Numbered from the whole stretch's first letter, positions 48,112-58,611 are shown. The stretch: DNA of 63,247 nt, filler included, from 5 parts of 5 records of this genome joined end to end with filler, not necessarily neighbours in it; one strand, 5' to 3'. Notes: a model not told the origin generated them from the sequence alone. A program made the numbers and translations.

Positions 48112-48637
48112 TTATTTAAACCGTGCTTCAAGTTTGTGTTCAAGGTAGTGAATGCTGGTGCCGCCTTCAACGAAACGGGCGTCTTCCATCAGTTCACGGT
48201 GCAGCGCGGTGTTGGTTTTAATGCCGTCCACCACCAGTTCAGCCAGGGCTTGGCGCATGCGGGCCATGGCCTGCTTGCGGTCTTCACCGTAGGTGATCAC
48301 TTTTGCGATCATGGAATCGTAGTGCGGTGGCACGTTGTAGCCGCTGTACACATGGGAATCTACCCGCACGCCGGGGCCGCCGGGTGCGTGCCAGTTCTTG
48401 ATGGGGCCGGGTGAGGGCACAAACTTGAACGGGTCTTCGGCGTTGATTCGGCATTCAATGGCGTGGCCGCGGAATTCGATGTCGCGCTGGCGGAAACGCA
48501 GTTTCTGGCCCGCTGCAATACGAATTTGTTCCTGAACAATGTCTACGCCGGTGATCATCTCGGTCACAGGGTGTTCAACTTGCACCCGGGTGTTCATTTC
48601 AATGAAGTAGAACTCGCCGTTTTCATACAGGAATTCG
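48112..48637 (-). CDS. accC: Acetyl-CoA carboxylase biotin carboxylase, C-terminal part (contig end)
   Basis: [27 protein letters not shown] and [10 protein letters not shown]. Confidence 0.93.
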
Positions 48638-48737
48638 NNNNNNNNNNNNNNNNNNNNNNNNNNNNNNNNNNNNNNNNNNNNTTAATTAATTAANNNNNNN
48701 NNNNNNNNNNNNNNNNNNNNNNNNNNNNNNNNNNNNN
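48638..48737. other. Artificial contig spacer
   Basis: 44 N + TTAATTAATTAA + 44 N. Confidence 0.98.
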
Positions 48738-48738
48738 G

Positions 48739-48915
48739 GGCATTCAGCCGCGAGGGGAACCCAGCCCCTGCGAACTTGGCCTGGCCGCAAAAACCACCAT
48801 CCTGATGGCCCTGTTTGATGGTTTGCAAATTCGGGCCATTCGCGACCCGAACATGAAAGCCGATGAGGTTGGGCGGGTGCTGCGGTCTGTCATCAAACAG
48901 ATGCTGGAAAACTGA
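48739..48915 (+). CDS. C-terminal fragment of a protein, possibly TetR-family (contig start)
   Basis: ...ILMALFDGLQIRAIRDPNMKADEVGRVLRSVIKQMLEN*; helical pattern resembling TetR C-terminal domains. Confidence 0.45.
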   Translation, partial: GIQPRGEPSPCELGLAAKTTILMALFDGLQIRAIRDPNMKADEVGRVLRSVIKQMLEN

Positions 48916-49329
48916 CTAACTGGCCAAGCCATCCAGAATGGGGCAATCGGGTCGGGAGTCGCCTTTGCAACAATGCACCAGGCGTTCAAGCTCGGCCTTC
49001 ATGGCATTCAGTTCCCGAATTTTCATGTCCAGTGCAGCAAGGTGCGACTGTGCCAGTTTTTTCACTTCCCGACTGGGTCGATCTCTGTCCTGCCACAGCG
49101 CCAACAACTCCTCAATCTGTTTGATGGAAAAACCCAGGTCGCGTGAATGCCGAATAAAACGCAGCACATGCAGATCGCGGCTGTTGTACAAACGGTAACC
49201 GGCCTCGGTGCGCACAGCCTGCGCAAGCAAACCCACCTGCTCGTAATGGCGAATCATTTTGCTGGAAATACCCGATTCCATCGCCGCATCGCCAATGGTG
49301 AAATAGTGGTCAGCACTTTGCAAATTCAT
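48916..49329 (-). CDS. cueR: Cu(I)-responsive MerR-family regulator
   Basis: IGDAA..SG.S.KMIRHYE, RDLGFS and metal loop CCKGDSRPDCPIL. Confidence 0.93.
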   Translation of the reverse strand: MNLQSADHYFTIGDAAMESGISSKMIRHYEQVGLLAQAVRTEAGYRLYNSRDLHVLRFIRHSRDLGFSIKQIEELLALWQDRDRPSREVKKLAQSHLAALDMKIRELNAMKAELERLVHCCKGDSRPDCPILDGLAS

Positions 49330-49330
49330 C

Positions 49331-51559
49331 TCAAGCCCCTCCTTTCGGTTTCCAGTTGCGCAACATCAATGCATTGGTGACCACGCTTACCGAACTAAGC
49401 GCCATGGCCATGCCCGCCAACACGGGGTTTAAATAACCCAATGCAGCCAACGGAATACCCACAGCGTTGTAGATAAATGCCCAAAACAGGTTTTGTTTGA
49501 TCTTGTTGTAGGTGCGGCGAGAAATGTCGATGGTCTGCGCCACCAGGCTGGGGTCAGAACGCATCAGGGTTACATCGGCTGTGTGCATGGCCACGTCTGT
49601 GCCCGTGGACATGGCGAAACTTACATCCGCCATGGCCAGTGCGGGTGCGTCGTTGATACCGTCGCCCACCATGGCCACCACCTGTTTGCCGCCTTCTTTT
49701 GAATTGTGCAATGCCTGCACCGCTTTCGATTTATCACCCGGCAACTGTTCCGCCATCACCTGGCCAATGCCCAGTTCAGAAGCCACACGCTGCGCACTGG
49801 CTGCGGTGTCGCCGGTCAGCAACACCGTGTCCACCTTCAACGCGTGCAGTGCATTCACGGCGCTTTGTGCGCTGGGTTTCAACTCATCACCAAAAGCCAG
49901 CACACCCAGCAAACGAATACCCGCATCCGTTTTCTCTGCAACCCAGGAACGTGTGGCTGCATTTGCATTCACACGGGCCAACACATCCTGCATGGTGGGG
50001 GCTGAAACACCCAGCTCTTCCATCCAGCGAATGGTGCCCACATACACGCGCCCATCACCCACTTTGGCCGACAAACCCTTGCCTGCCACATCTTGCAAAT
50101 CGGTGGCGTGGGGCACATCCAGTTCATCTTGCTGCGCACGGTGTTTCACCGCACTGGCCAGTGGGTGCATGCTGCCCGCCTCGACAGCAGCGGCCTTGGC
50201 CAACATGTCGCTGCGCTCGCCGTGTATTGCCTCAAACTGCATCAGCGTGGGTTTGCCCACAGTCAGCGTGCCGGTTTTGTCGAACACCACAGTTTGAATG
50301 CTGTGGGCCAACTCAAGTGCCTGTGCATCCTTGATCAAAATACCGTGGCGTGCCGCAACACCAGTACCCGCCATGATGGCCGTTGGTGTGGCCAAACCCA
50401 AGGCGCAGGGGCAGGCGATCACCAGCACTGCCACCGCATTCAAAATAGCCTGCTCCCAAGGGTTTCCGCCCACGCCGGGCGAGCCGCCGAACAAGCCCCA
50501 ACCCAGCAGCGTGAACAGGGCAATCACCAACACCACGGGTACAAACACGGCACTTACTTTGTCCACCAGTTTTTGGATATCAGGCTTGGCAGCTTGCGCG
50601 TCTTCCACCAGGCGAATAATGCGTGCCAAGGTGGTTTCAGTGCCCACGGCACTGGTTTGCACCAGCAACAAACCGTCCAGGTTCACGGCCCCGCCGGTGA
50701 CCTTGCTGCCCACTGCTTTCACCACAGGTTCGCTTTCACCGGTTATCAAGGCTTCGTCCACATGGCTGCTGCCTTCCAGCACCAGGCCATCCACTGGAAT
50801 GCGTTCACCGGGGCGAACCACAACCTCGTCGTTCAACTGTACTTCTGCCATGGCAATGGTTTGATCCACCCCTTTGCGGCGCACACGCGCGGTGTCAGGC
50901 CGAAGGGCCTGCAAGGCGGCAATGGCTGCGGTGGTTTGGCGCTTGGCCCGGCCTTCAAGCCACTTGCCCAACATCACCAGGGTGATCACGGCGCTGGACG
51001 CTTCAAAGTACAAGTGGCCACTGCCCTGCTCCATCATGTACACCGACAAACCATAGGCCGCCGACGTACCAATGGCCACCAGTAAATCCATATTGCCAGT
51101 CCGGTTTTGGACAGCCTTTAAACCAGCGCGATAAAACCGCCCACCCAGCCAGAACTGCACGGGTGTGGCCAGCAACAGTTGCATCCAACCCGGTAGCATC
51201 CAGTGCTCGCCAAACGGCAGGGCCACCATTGGCAACACCAGGGGCAAGGTGAGAATTGCCGCAATCGCCACCAAAGCGCCCTCGCCAAAACCATCATTGG
51301 CGGGCACACTGCTTGCGCCTTTTTTCTTCTCGCCACTGGCGTTTAGAATTTCTGCATCGTAACCAGCATCCACCACCGCCTTGGCAATTTGTTCAGGTGT
51401 GGCCGGGGCCGCAAAATCAATTTGCGCTTTTTCAGTGGCAAGGTTCACCGTGGCCTGTGTTACGCCCTGCACTTTCAGCAAAGCTTTTTCCACAGTGGAA
51501 GAACAGGAGGCACAGCTCATCCCGCCTACGGCCAAATTCAATGTGTTGTTGGTGGTCAT
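49331..51559 (-). CDS. copA: Cu(I)-translocating P1B-type ATPase
   Basis: HMA motif [31 protein letters not shown] and MALSS. Confidence 0.93.
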   Translation of the reverse strand: MTTNNTLNLAVGGMSCASCSSTVEKALLKVQGVTQATVNLATEKAQIDFAAPATPEQIAKAVVDAGYDAEILNASGEKKKGASSVPANDGFGEGALVAIAAILTLPLVLPMVALPFGEHWMLPGWMQLLLATPVQFWLGGRFYRAGLKAVQNRTGNMDLLVAIGTSAAYGLSVYMMEQGSGHLYFEASSAVITLVMLGKWLEGRAKRQTTAAIAALQALRPDTARVRRKGVDQTIAMAEVQLNDEVVVRPGERIPVDGLVLEGSSHVDEALITGESEPVVKAVGSKVTGGAVNLDGLLLVQTSAVGTETTLARIIRLVEDAQAAKPDIQKLVDKVSAVFVPVVLVIALFTLLGWGLFGGSPGVGGNPWEQAILNAVAVLVIACPCALGLATPTAIMAGTGVAARHGILIKDAQALELAHSIQTVVFDKTGTLTVGKPTLMQFEAIHGERSDMLAKAAAVEAGSMHPLASAVKHRAQQDELDVPHATDLQDVAGKGLSAKVGDGRVYVGTIRWMEELGVSAPTMQDVLARVNANAATRSWVAEKTDAGIRLLGVLAFGDELKPSAQSAVNALHALKVDTVLLTGDTAASAQRVASELGIGQVMAEQLPGDKSKAVQALHNSKEGGKQVVAMVGDGINDAPALAMADVSFAMSTGTDVAMHTADVTLMRSDPSLVAQTIDISRRTYNKIKQNLFWAFIYNAVGIPLAALGYLNPVLAGMAMALSSVSVVTNALMLRNWKPKGGA

Positions 51560-51585
51560 GGCATTCTCCGTTGAACAATGTGCAC

Positions 51586-51616
51586 AGGATGAACCTTCCA
51601 ATGGTGTTAAAGTCAA
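51586..51616 (-). promoter_or_regulatory. CueR-type promoter/operator of copA-cueR
   Basis: Minus strand TTGACT-ttaacaccattggaaggtt (19 bp)-CATCCT with a dyad ACTTT...AAGGT; the 19-bp spacer is the MerR-family hallmark. Confidence 0.85.
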
Positions 51617-51620
51617 CCCC

Positions 51621-51651
51621 TTGACCTTACCATGATTGGAAGCTTCAGACT
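51621..51651 (+). promoter_or_regulatory. CueR-type promoter/operator of copZ
   Basis: TTGACC-ttaccatgattggaagctt (19 bp)-CAGACT with a dyad ACCTT...AAGCT. Confidence 0.85.
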
Positions 51652-51682
51652 ACAATTGTGATGAACCCACCGGAGTACGAAA

Positions 51683-51883
51683 ATGATTGAACTCACAGTT
51701 GAAAAAATGAAATGTGGCGGTTGTTCAGCCAATGTGGAACGCGCTGTGAAAGCGCAAGACCCCACAGCGCAAGTGAAAATTGACCTGGCCCGGAAACTGG
51801 TGCAGGTAGAAAGCACCTTGCAAGCAGCCAGCCTGGTGAAAACCATCAGCGAGGCAGGTTACCCAGCCCAGGTAAAGGCTTAA
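51683..51883 (+). CDS. copZ: Copper chaperone (HMA domain)
   Basis: 66 aa with MKCGGC and C-terminal EAGY; divergent from copA. Confidence 0.88.
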   Translation: MIELTVEKMKCGGCSANVERAVKAQDPTAQVKIDLARKLVQVESTLQAASLVKTISEAGYPAQVKA

Positions 51884-52527
51884 TTGCCTTCTTGACTGCC
51901 TTCCGAATAGGCCGCGCCCCAATAGTTGTACGTAAAGGCTTTGGGGCCCGGCACATACATGGTTTCAATGTCATCCACCTGAAACCCGCCTGCTTTCAGC
52001 AAGGCCGGAATGTCACGGTTCAAGTGGCAGCCACCGGCCAACTTTCCCCACATGGGCTGCAAGCGGTTTTGCATGCGCTGAACCGGTTCATCCGGTGCCA
52101 CACCATGTTCACAGAACAACAATTTCCCACCCGGTTTCAACACACGTCGCATTTCTTTCAGGGCTTGTACAGGTTCGGGAATGGTGCACAGCGTGTAGGT
52201 CATGACAATGGTGTCGATGCTTGCATCGGGCAATGGAATTTGCTCAGCGGGCAAGCCCATTAATTCAACACTCAAGCCGGTTTTTTCAATACGCTTTTTG
52301 GCCAGACGATGCATTTGCATAGCCGGGTCCAGGCCAATAATTTTTTCCACCTTTGCCGCATCGTAATGGCGCATGTTCAGGCCTGTGCCAATGCCAATTT
52401 CAAGCACCTTGCCTGTGGCTTTGGGTACCACTTTCTGGCGCTGCCTGTTGATGGCTTTCATGCCGCAAGCGAAATCAAGCAAGGTAGGCAGCACGTGGCG
52501 GTCGTATAATTCAGCAAACAGTGCCAA
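51880..52527 (-). CDS. Class I SAM-dependent methyltransferase
   Basis: VLEIGIGTGLN, TLCTIP, CEHG and GGCHLNRDI. Probable start TTG 52527 after AAAGGA; the longer ORF-track start overlaps the divergent gene. Confidence 0.85.
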   Translation of the reverse strand: MALFAELYDRHVLPTLLDFACGMKAINRQRQKVVPKATGKVLEIGIGTGLNMRHYDAAKVEKIIGLDPAMQMHRLAKKRIEKTGLSVELMGLPAEQIPLPDASIDTIVMTYTLCTIPEPVQALKEMRRVLKPGGKLLFCEHGVAPDEPVQRMQNRLQPMWGKLAGGCHLNRDIPALLKAGGFQVDDIETMYVPGPKAFTYNYWGAAYSEGSQEGN

Positions 52528-52564
52528 TTTGTTGTCCTTTTTTTGTAGAGGAAATCGCGCCACC

Positions 52565-53971
52565 ATGCAAAACAACCCGGACCAGTTCACATCCAAAATC
52601 GGCTTCGTGCTGGCCGCCGCAGGGTCGGCTGTGGGCATTGGCAATTTGGTGGCTTTTCCAGTAGCGGCCGCAAAAAACGGTGGCGGTGCGTTCTTGCTAC
52701 TGTACATTTTTTTCGTGGTGGCCATTTGCCTTCCACTTATTCTGGCTGAACTTAGCCTGGGCCGCGCCACAGGAAAAAGCCCGCTGGGTGCATTCAAGCA
52801 GGTTTCCGGAAACAACAAGGCGTGGGCATTTGCCGGGGCTTTGTCCTTAACGACACCCTTCATGATCGCGGTGTTTTACAGCGTGCTCACCGTGTGGCTG
52901 TTGGGTTATTTCATACAGGCTGTTTTTGGCCAGCTTGATCGCCTGGCCACACCGGTTTACTTCGGCGGTTTTATCACCAGCCCCTGGATATTCGCCTACC
53001 TGACGGGCGTAATCGGGATGGTTGTACTCGTGCTAAAAGGCGGCGTGCGCGACGGCATAGAAAAAGCATCACGCTTGTTGATGCCCATGCTGTTCATCAT
53101 GCTGATTGGCCTGGCCGTGTTTGTACTGACCCTGCCCAACGCCAGCGCCGGTTTGAAGTTTTATTTCACCCCGCAGCTGGATCGCATGACCTGGAGCGTG
53201 GTGAACAGCGCGCTGTCGCAGGCTTTTTTTTCATTGTCGCTGGGCATGGGAATTTTGATCACCTACGGTTCGTATTTGCGCAAACAAGACAACCTGGTGC
53301 AATCGGCCAAAATGCTGGCTACAACTGACACGGGTGTTGCCGTGGTAGCGGGCTTGATGACCCTGCCCGCGATTTTTGCCATTTATCCTGACACCAACCC
53401 CAGCGAATTGAGCGATTCTTCGGTGGGTTTGATCTTCTCGTTTTTCCCAAATATTTTCATGGCCATGGTGCCCAAGTTCGGCTATCTGGTTTCCAGCTTC
53501 ATAGCGGCCATGTTCTTTCTGCTGGCCTTTGTGGCGGCCATCACATCGCTTGTTTCAATCATTGAAGTGCCCGTGGCTGCACTCAAAGCGCAGGGTCAAA
53601 AAACCCGGAACAAGGCATTGGGTTTGGTCATCGCGGGTGTGCTTGTGGGTGCGGTGCTTTGTGCATTGTCATTCGGGCAGGTGAAATGGCTTAGCGAGTT
53701 TGCGTTTTATGGCGGTGCCAAAAAATCACTGTTTGATGTGTTGGTGGATGTGTTTTACGACACCATTCTGCCCTTCAATGGCCTGCTGATTTGCCTGTTG
53801 GTGGTGTGGCAATGGAAACGCCACAACATGGCGGCTGAAATGCTGGCCAGCAACGCAAACGGAACAGGTGGATGGCTTGAACGCTACACCCACTTTGCAA
53901 TTGCGTTCTGGATCCCGGCCATTCTGGCCACCGTGTTTGTAATCACGGTGATCAACAAATTCTTCAGTTAA
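52565..53971 (+). CDS. Sodium-dependent transporter (NSS/SNF, LeuT-like)
   Basis: AAAGSAVGIGN, NGGGAFL and QAFFSLSLG.G..ITYGSY; start ATG 52565. Confidence 0.9.
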   Translation: MQNNPDQFTSKIGFVLAAAGSAVGIGNLVAFPVAAAKNGGGAFLLLYIFFVVAICLPLILAELSLGRATGKSPLGAFKQVSGNNKAWAFAGALSLTTPFMIAVFYSVLTVWLLGYFIQAVFGQLDRLATPVYFGGFITSPWIFAYLTGVIGMVVLVLKGGVRDGIEKASRLLMPMLFIMLIGLAVFVLTLPNASAGLKFYFTPQLDRMTWSVVNSALSQAFFSLSLGMGILITYGSYLRKQDNLVQSAKMLATTDTGVAVVAGLMTLPAIFAIYPDTNPSELSDSSVGLIFSFFPNIFMAMVPKFGYLVSSFIAAMFFLLAFVAAITSLVSIIEVPVAALKAQGQKTRNKALGLVIAGVLVGAVLCALSFGQVKWLSEFAFYGGAKKSLFDVLVDVFYDTILPFNGLLICLLVVWQWKRHNMAAEMLASNANGTGGWLERYTHFAIAFWIPAILATVFVITVINKFFS

Positions 53972-54050
53972 TAGTTGATTAATTTACTGGCATGCACAGT
54001 GCCACTTTTTATGCTGTAATAAGGAAAATTAAAAACATTCCGGAGACAGC

Positions 54051-56015
54051 ATGAAAACAAACCTGGCCTTGGCAGCCCTTGCCATCGGTATACCCGCTTT
54101 GCTGGCAGCCTGTTCCAAAACCCCCACCGCCCCCAACAGCGCCGCCAGCGAATTCACACAAGCCTTTCACGCTGAAGTGGCAAAAAATACAGACCTGGTG
54201 GATGCAGCCAACAACGCCGATGCCCGCAAGGGTTTGATTGCCAAACCCACGGGGCAGGTAAAAAATGACGAAGGCGAGCTTATTTGGGACTACGATGAAT
54301 TCAATTTCATCGAAGGCAAAGCCCCCGGCACAGTGAACCCTAGCCTGTGGCGGCAAGCCAGCCTGAACAATCAAATTGGCCTGTACAAAGTGGCTGACCG
54401 CATTTACCAATTGCGCGGTTTTGATTTGTCCAACATGACCCTGATTGAAGGCAATACCGGCTGGATTGTGGTGGATGTGCTGACCAGCGAGGAAACCGCA
54501 CGCGCCGCCATGGCCTTTGCACGCAAGCACCTGGGCAACAAACCAGTGACTGCAATCGTGTTCACACACAGCCATGTGGACCACTTTGGTGGTGCGCTGG
54601 GCGTGCTCAGCGCTGAAGAAGCGGCCGCGGGCAAAGTACCGGTAGTGGCCCCAATTGGCTTTATGGAAGAAGCCACCAGCGAAAACCTGCTGGTGGGCAT
54701 GGCCATGGCTCGCCGATCCGTTTACATGTACGGCAAACGCCTGCCACGCAGCCCTGAAGGCCTGATCGACAACGGTTTGGGCAAGGCTGTGGCCTACGGC
54801 AAGGTGGGCATATTGCCGCCCACGCTGGTGGTGAAAGAAGCCAAAGAAACCCATGTGCTCGACGGGCTTGAATTCATGTTCCACAACGTGCCTGGCAGCG
54901 AGGCCCCTTCCGAGTTTGTGTTTTACCTGCCCACGCTGAAGGCATTCGGCAGCGCCGAACTGTTTGGCCACACCTTGCACAACCTGTACACCCCGCGCGG
55001 TGCGAAAGTGCGCGATGCGCTGAAATGGGCCAGTTACATGGACGAAGCCATGGCCTACGCAGGCGATGCAGAGGTGATGTTTCACCAACACAACTGGCCG
55101 GTGTGGGGTGCGGACAACATACGCACCTTCATGGAAAAACAGCGCGATGTCTACCGCTTCATTCATGACCAAACAGTGCGCCACATGAATGCGGGCCATA
55201 CCCCGGCGGAGATTGCCGAGAAGGTGGCAATGCCGCCCGCTTTGAACAACTTCCTCAGTGGGCGCGGTTACTACGGTACCGTGTCGCACAACGTGAAAGC
55301 GGTGTACCAGTTTTACATGGGCTGGTTCGACGCCAACCCTGCCAACCTGAACCCCCTGCCCCCGGTTGAAGCCGCGAAAAAGTATGTTGATGTGGCCGGT
55401 GGCATGGACGCACTGCTGAACAAGGCCGAAGAGGCTGTGAACAAAGGCGAGTACCGCTGGGCAGCCGAGCTGCTGAAACATGCCGTGTACGCCGAGCCCG
55501 AGAATGCACGCGCCAAAGGTTTGCTGGCAACAAGTTTTGACCAGATGGGCTACATGGCAGAATCTGCACCCTGGCGCAATTTTTACCTGACCGGTGCCCT
55601 GGAGTTGCGCGAAGGCGGATACAACGAGGGTTTCAAGCGAACCGCGTTCCTCGACATGCTGAAGCACACCCCCACAGAACGTTTTCTGGAGGCCATGGCT
55701 GCTTCATTGAACGGCGAGAAAGCCGAGGGCGAAGACATTCAAATCAACCTGGTGTTTTCAGACACCCAGGAAAGCTATGTGCTTCGAATCAACAACAGCG
55801 TGCTGCACCACCACGCGGGCAAGCCCAACGAAAATTCCGCAGCCACGCTCACTTTAAGCAAACCCTTTTTCCTGAACATGATGACCGGTGAGGCCGGTGC
55901 AACTGATTTGCTGTTTTCAGAGCAAAGCAAAATTGACGGCAGCACCCTCAAGCTGGGCCAGTTTTTCGGCATGCTGGAAAAAGCCACGGGCAACTTCAAC
56001 ATTGTGACGCCCTAA
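54051..56015 (+). CDS. Alkyl sulfatase (SdsA1-like metallo-beta-lactamase fold), lipoprotein
   Basis: Lipobox LAAC, NPSLWRQ, THSHVDHFGG, HNLYTPRGAKVRD, RGYYG, and an SCP2-like C-terminus. Confidence 0.9.
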   Translation: MKTNLALAALAIGIPALLAACSKTPTAPNSAASEFTQAFHAEVAKNTDLVDAANNADARKGLIAKPTGQVKNDEGELIWDYDEFNFIEGKAPGTVNPSLWRQASLNNQIGLYKVADRIYQLRGFDLSNMTLIEGNTGWIVVDVLTSEETARAAMAFARKHLGNKPVTAIVFTHSHVDHFGGALGVLSAEEAAAGKVPVVAPIGFMEEATSENLLVGMAMARRSVYMYGKRLPRSPEGLIDNGLGKAVAYGKVGILPPTLVVKEAKETHVLDGLEFMFHNVPGSEAPSEFVFYLPTLKAFGSAELFGHTLHNLYTPRGAKVRDALKWASYMDEAMAYAGDAEVMFHQHNWPVWGADNIRTFMEKQRDVYRFIHDQTVRHMNAGHTPAEIAEKVAMPPALNNFLSGRGYYGTVSHNVKAVYQFYMGWFDANPANLNPLPPVEAAKKYVDVAGGMDALLNKAEEAVNKGEYRWAAELLKHAVYAEPENARAKGLLATSFDQMGYMAESAPWRNFYLTGALELREGGYNEGFKRTAFLDMLKHTPTERFLEAMAASLNGEKAEGEDIQINLVFSDTQESYVLRINNSVLHHHAGKPNENSAATLTLSKPFFLNMMTGEAGATDLLFSEQSKIDGSTLKLGQFFGMLEKATGNFNIVTP

Positions 56016-56038
56016 CAACATTTGAACCTTGTCAGTAA

Positions 56039-56075
56039 TGTTCGGGTTTCCACGATTGGCCGGGAAACCCGAACA
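56039..56075. terminator. Stem-loop after the sulfatase gene (terminator or operator)
   Basis: TGTTCGGGTTTCC-11 nt-GGAAACCCGAACA perfect 13-bp inverted repeat; no clear U tract. Confidence 0.5.
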
Positions 56076-56122
56076 ACCCTATAGTGTGTGAATGATCAAC
56101 CGCTAATTCAATGGTAATTCAC

Positions 56123-56566
56123 ATGTCCACACCGCAAGCCAAACACACCACACTACAGCCCTTTCACCTTGCATTTCCGGTCACTGACATTGCTGTGGCC
56201 CGCAAATTTTATGGCGAGGTGATTGGCTGTGAAGAAGGACGCAGCGCCCCACACTGGGTGGATTTCAACTTTTACGGCCACCAACTGGTCGCGCATTTGG
56301 CACCGGAAGAAGTGGGCTGCAAAGCCAACAGCAGCGTAGACGGCCATGCCGTACCCGCCAAACATTTTGGCGTGATCTTGACCATGGACCAGTGGAATGA
56401 ACTGGCTGACCGCTTAAGGGCAGCAGGCACCAAGTTTGTGATTGAGCCTTACATCCGGTTCAAGGGCCAGGTGGGCGAACAAGCCACCATGTTCTTCATG
56501 GACCCATGCGGCAACGCGCTTGAATTCAAGGCCTTTGCCAACATGGACCAGATTTTTGCAAAATGA
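56123..56566 (+). CDS. VOC/glyoxalase-family protein
   Basis: PFHLAFPV, WVDFNFYGHQ, HFGV and DPCGNALEFK. Confidence 0.88.
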   Translation: MSTPQAKHTTLQPFHLAFPVTDIAVARKFYGEVIGCEEGRSAPHWVDFNFYGHQLVAHLAPEEVGCKANSSVDGHAVPAKHFGVILTMDQWNELADRLRAAGTKFVIEPYIRFKGQVGEQATMFFMDPCGNALEFKAFANMDQIFAK

Positions 56567-56569
56567 GTT

Positions 56570-57904
56570 TTAAATAAAAGTTTGCTCCATTTCACGGCGG
56601 AACTTCACCGCCGTGGAATTGGCGTCGAACGCTACATCGTTCCAACTTACAGCTTGCCCGGCCTTCACAGGTTTCAACAACTTCACACCATGCGCCAACC
56701 CCAGTGGCAAACCACCCACGGCCAACGATTCCTGTGTGGGCAACAACTTGCCATACACGGTGTAGCCACCTTCACCATCAAGCATTTCACCCGCCTGCAA
56801 ATCGCGTTTGGCTGTGGCCACCACGTCGCCGTGCCAGCAAATGGGTGCGCCCGTGGCCTCGCCCCGAACACCGATTGATGCCACTGAAATTCCAAGTTCC
56901 AGACCAATCAAATGGAAGGGTTTGTACATGCTTGAATACTGACCGCTGGGGTCGGTAATCAAACCATATTCCTTGAAGCAACGGGCCACGTATTCACTAT
57001 CGGCCGCGAAGGTAACGTACACGCCCCAACGCAGGTCGCGAAACACCGGGCGCGTGTCGCGTTCCACGCTGGAAATCACCTCGACCTGCCCGCGCTGGTC
57101 CAGAATACCGCCATGTTCTTTGGGTTTGAGGATGCGTGCCAAGTCATCGACACCCACCGCAGGAAACTTCAAACCGCTGGGTGCCGCCAAACCAGTTGCA
57201 TTGGCCACCGCCGCCATTTCAATTGCGCTCTTGGTGCCATCCAGAAAACTGTTGAACATTTGCGCATTCATGCCGCCCTTGGCTGCGTCCTCAGCAGTCA
57301 AGCCGTAGTGGTTCCAAACGGTGTCAGGCGTGCTTTCATGGTACGTGGGCAGGTACTTGGTACCCTTGCCCGCGGCCACCACTGAAAAGCCTGCAGCGCG
57401 CGCCCAGTCCACCATCTCGAAAATTAACGCGGGCTGGTCGCCATAAGCCAGCGAGTACACAATACCCGCCTCGTCGGCCTTGCGTTTCAGCAAAGGGCCA
57501 GCCAATGCATCGGCCTCGACGTTCACCATCACAATGTGTTTTTTATATTCGCAGCAAGCCAGCACATGGGCAATACCCGCCGCCGGGTTGCCAGTGGAAT
57601 CAATAATGATGTCAACGAAAGGCGATTCAATCAGCTTCATGCCGTCGTCGATAATGGCGGTATTGCCCAGCTTTGCCGCCTGCTCAAGCGATGTTGCAGC
57701 GTAGCTTTCTTCTTTCCAACCCACGTTTTTCAGGGCGGCCTTGGCCCGCGTGGGCGACAAATCAGCAATACCCACCATGTGAATGCCGGGCGTGCGCGGC
57801 ACTTGTGAAAGGTACATGGAGCCGAATTTGCCGGCACCAATCATGCCAACGCGAAGGGGTTTGCCAACAGCTGCGCGTTGCTGAAGTTTGGAGAATAAAT
57901 TCAT
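56570..57904 (-). CDS. Homoserine-dehydrogenase-like NAD(P)-dependent oxidoreductase with C-terminal SAF domain (COG4091-like)
   Basis: GAGKFG, VNVEAD, GDQPA, DGTKSAIEM, HLIGLE and AKRDLQAGEMLDGEGG. Confidence 0.85.
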   Translation of the reverse strand: MNLFSKLQQRAAVGKPLRVGMIGAGKFGSMYLSQVPRTPGIHMVGIADLSPTRAKAALKNVGWKEESYAATSLEQAAKLGNTAIIDDGMKLIESPFVDIIIDSTGNPAAGIAHVLACCEYKKHIVMVNVEADALAGPLLKRKADEAGIVYSLAYGDQPALIFEMVDWARAAGFSVVAAGKGTKYLPTYHESTPDTVWNHYGLTAEDAAKGGMNAQMFNSFLDGTKSAIEMAAVANATGLAAPSGLKFPAVGVDDLARILKPKEHGGILDQRGQVEVISSVERDTRPVFRDLRWGVYVTFAADSEYVARCFKEYGLITDPSGQYSSMYKPFHLIGLELGISVASIGVRGEATGAPICWHGDVVATAKRDLQAGEMLDGEGGYTVYGKLLPTQESLAVGGLPLGLAHGVKLLKPVKAGQAVSWNDVAFDANSTAVKFRREMEQTFI

Positions 57905-57994
57905 GATGGCCTTTTGTGGTGGGTGCAGGTTTGGCCAACAGAATAACCCGCACACACCTTGCAGCAAAACCCGAATTATCCCTAAGCAGCGCCT

Positions 57995-58603
57995 TTACTG
58001 TGCATGTGAAATCGCATCCCGCAGAGCCTTCACACTGGGCACGCCCGAGAAAAACTGAGCACCCACCGCCAGCGATGGCACAGCCTGAATACCCACCTGT
58101 TTCGCATATTGCAGGTCAGCATCGTGTTGCGCATTGGCTTGTGCTGAATTTACAAACTCATCCAGACCTGCTGGGTTCATACCCAGGTTTTGCAGAATTT
58201 TTTTAAGAATCTCGTCTTCACCAATGTTCTGGTTTTGCTGAAAAAACGCCTTCATCACTGCTGTGGCGTATTCATTGCCCTTGCCTTGCTGCTTGGCATA
58301 CTGCAAACCCAAAAACGCTTTTCGTGTGTAGGGCTGTGGTGAAACGGTCGGCAATTGAATGGGCACGCCAAGACGTTCCGCCATGGGGTAAACCGAAGCC
58401 GCCCACACACGTGGCAGGTATTCATCTTCGGGTTTTAAAGTGGGTGTTGGGTAGGGGCGCAGCTCGAACGGCATCCATTCCAGTTCCACATTCAAACCTT
58501 CGATGGCCTTCTCGATAATTGATTCACCGAGCAGGCAAAACGGACACACGAAATCAGTCCAGACCTGGATCTTGATGGGGGTGGTTTTTGGGGGGGTGGG
58601 CAT
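57995..58603 (-). CDS. DsbA/FrnE-family oxidoreductase
   Basis: DFVCPFC, PFELRP and GIQAVP. Confidence 0.88.
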   Translation of the reverse strand: MPTPPKTTPIKIQVWTDFVCPFCLLGESIIEKAIEGLNVELEWMPFELRPYPTPTLKPEDEYLPRVWAASVYPMAERLGVPIQLPTVSPQPYTRKAFLGLQYAKQQGKGNEYATAVMKAFFQQNQNIGEDEILKKILQNLGMNPAGLDEFVNSAQANAQHDADLQYAKQVGIQAVPSLAVGAQFFSGVPSVKALRDAISHAQ

Positions 58604-58611
58604 GGGGTACT

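Noticed and set aside
49512..51085. Long plus-strand ORFs opposite copA
   Set aside because: Antisense shadows without family signatures.
52528..52863. Apparent long overlap between the MTase and NSS transporter ORFs
   Set aside because: Artefact of longest-ORF start choice; RBS-supported starts at 52527 and 52565 remove the overlap.
54009..55667. 552-aa ORF antisense to the alkyl sulfatase
   Set aside because: Shadow ORF of a well-supported gene, with no recognisable motifs.
58590..58596. G7 tract near the 5' end of the DsbA/FrnE gene as a phase-variation site
   Set aside because: Short, the gene is in frame, and it lies about 15 nt from a contig end where sequence is least reliable.
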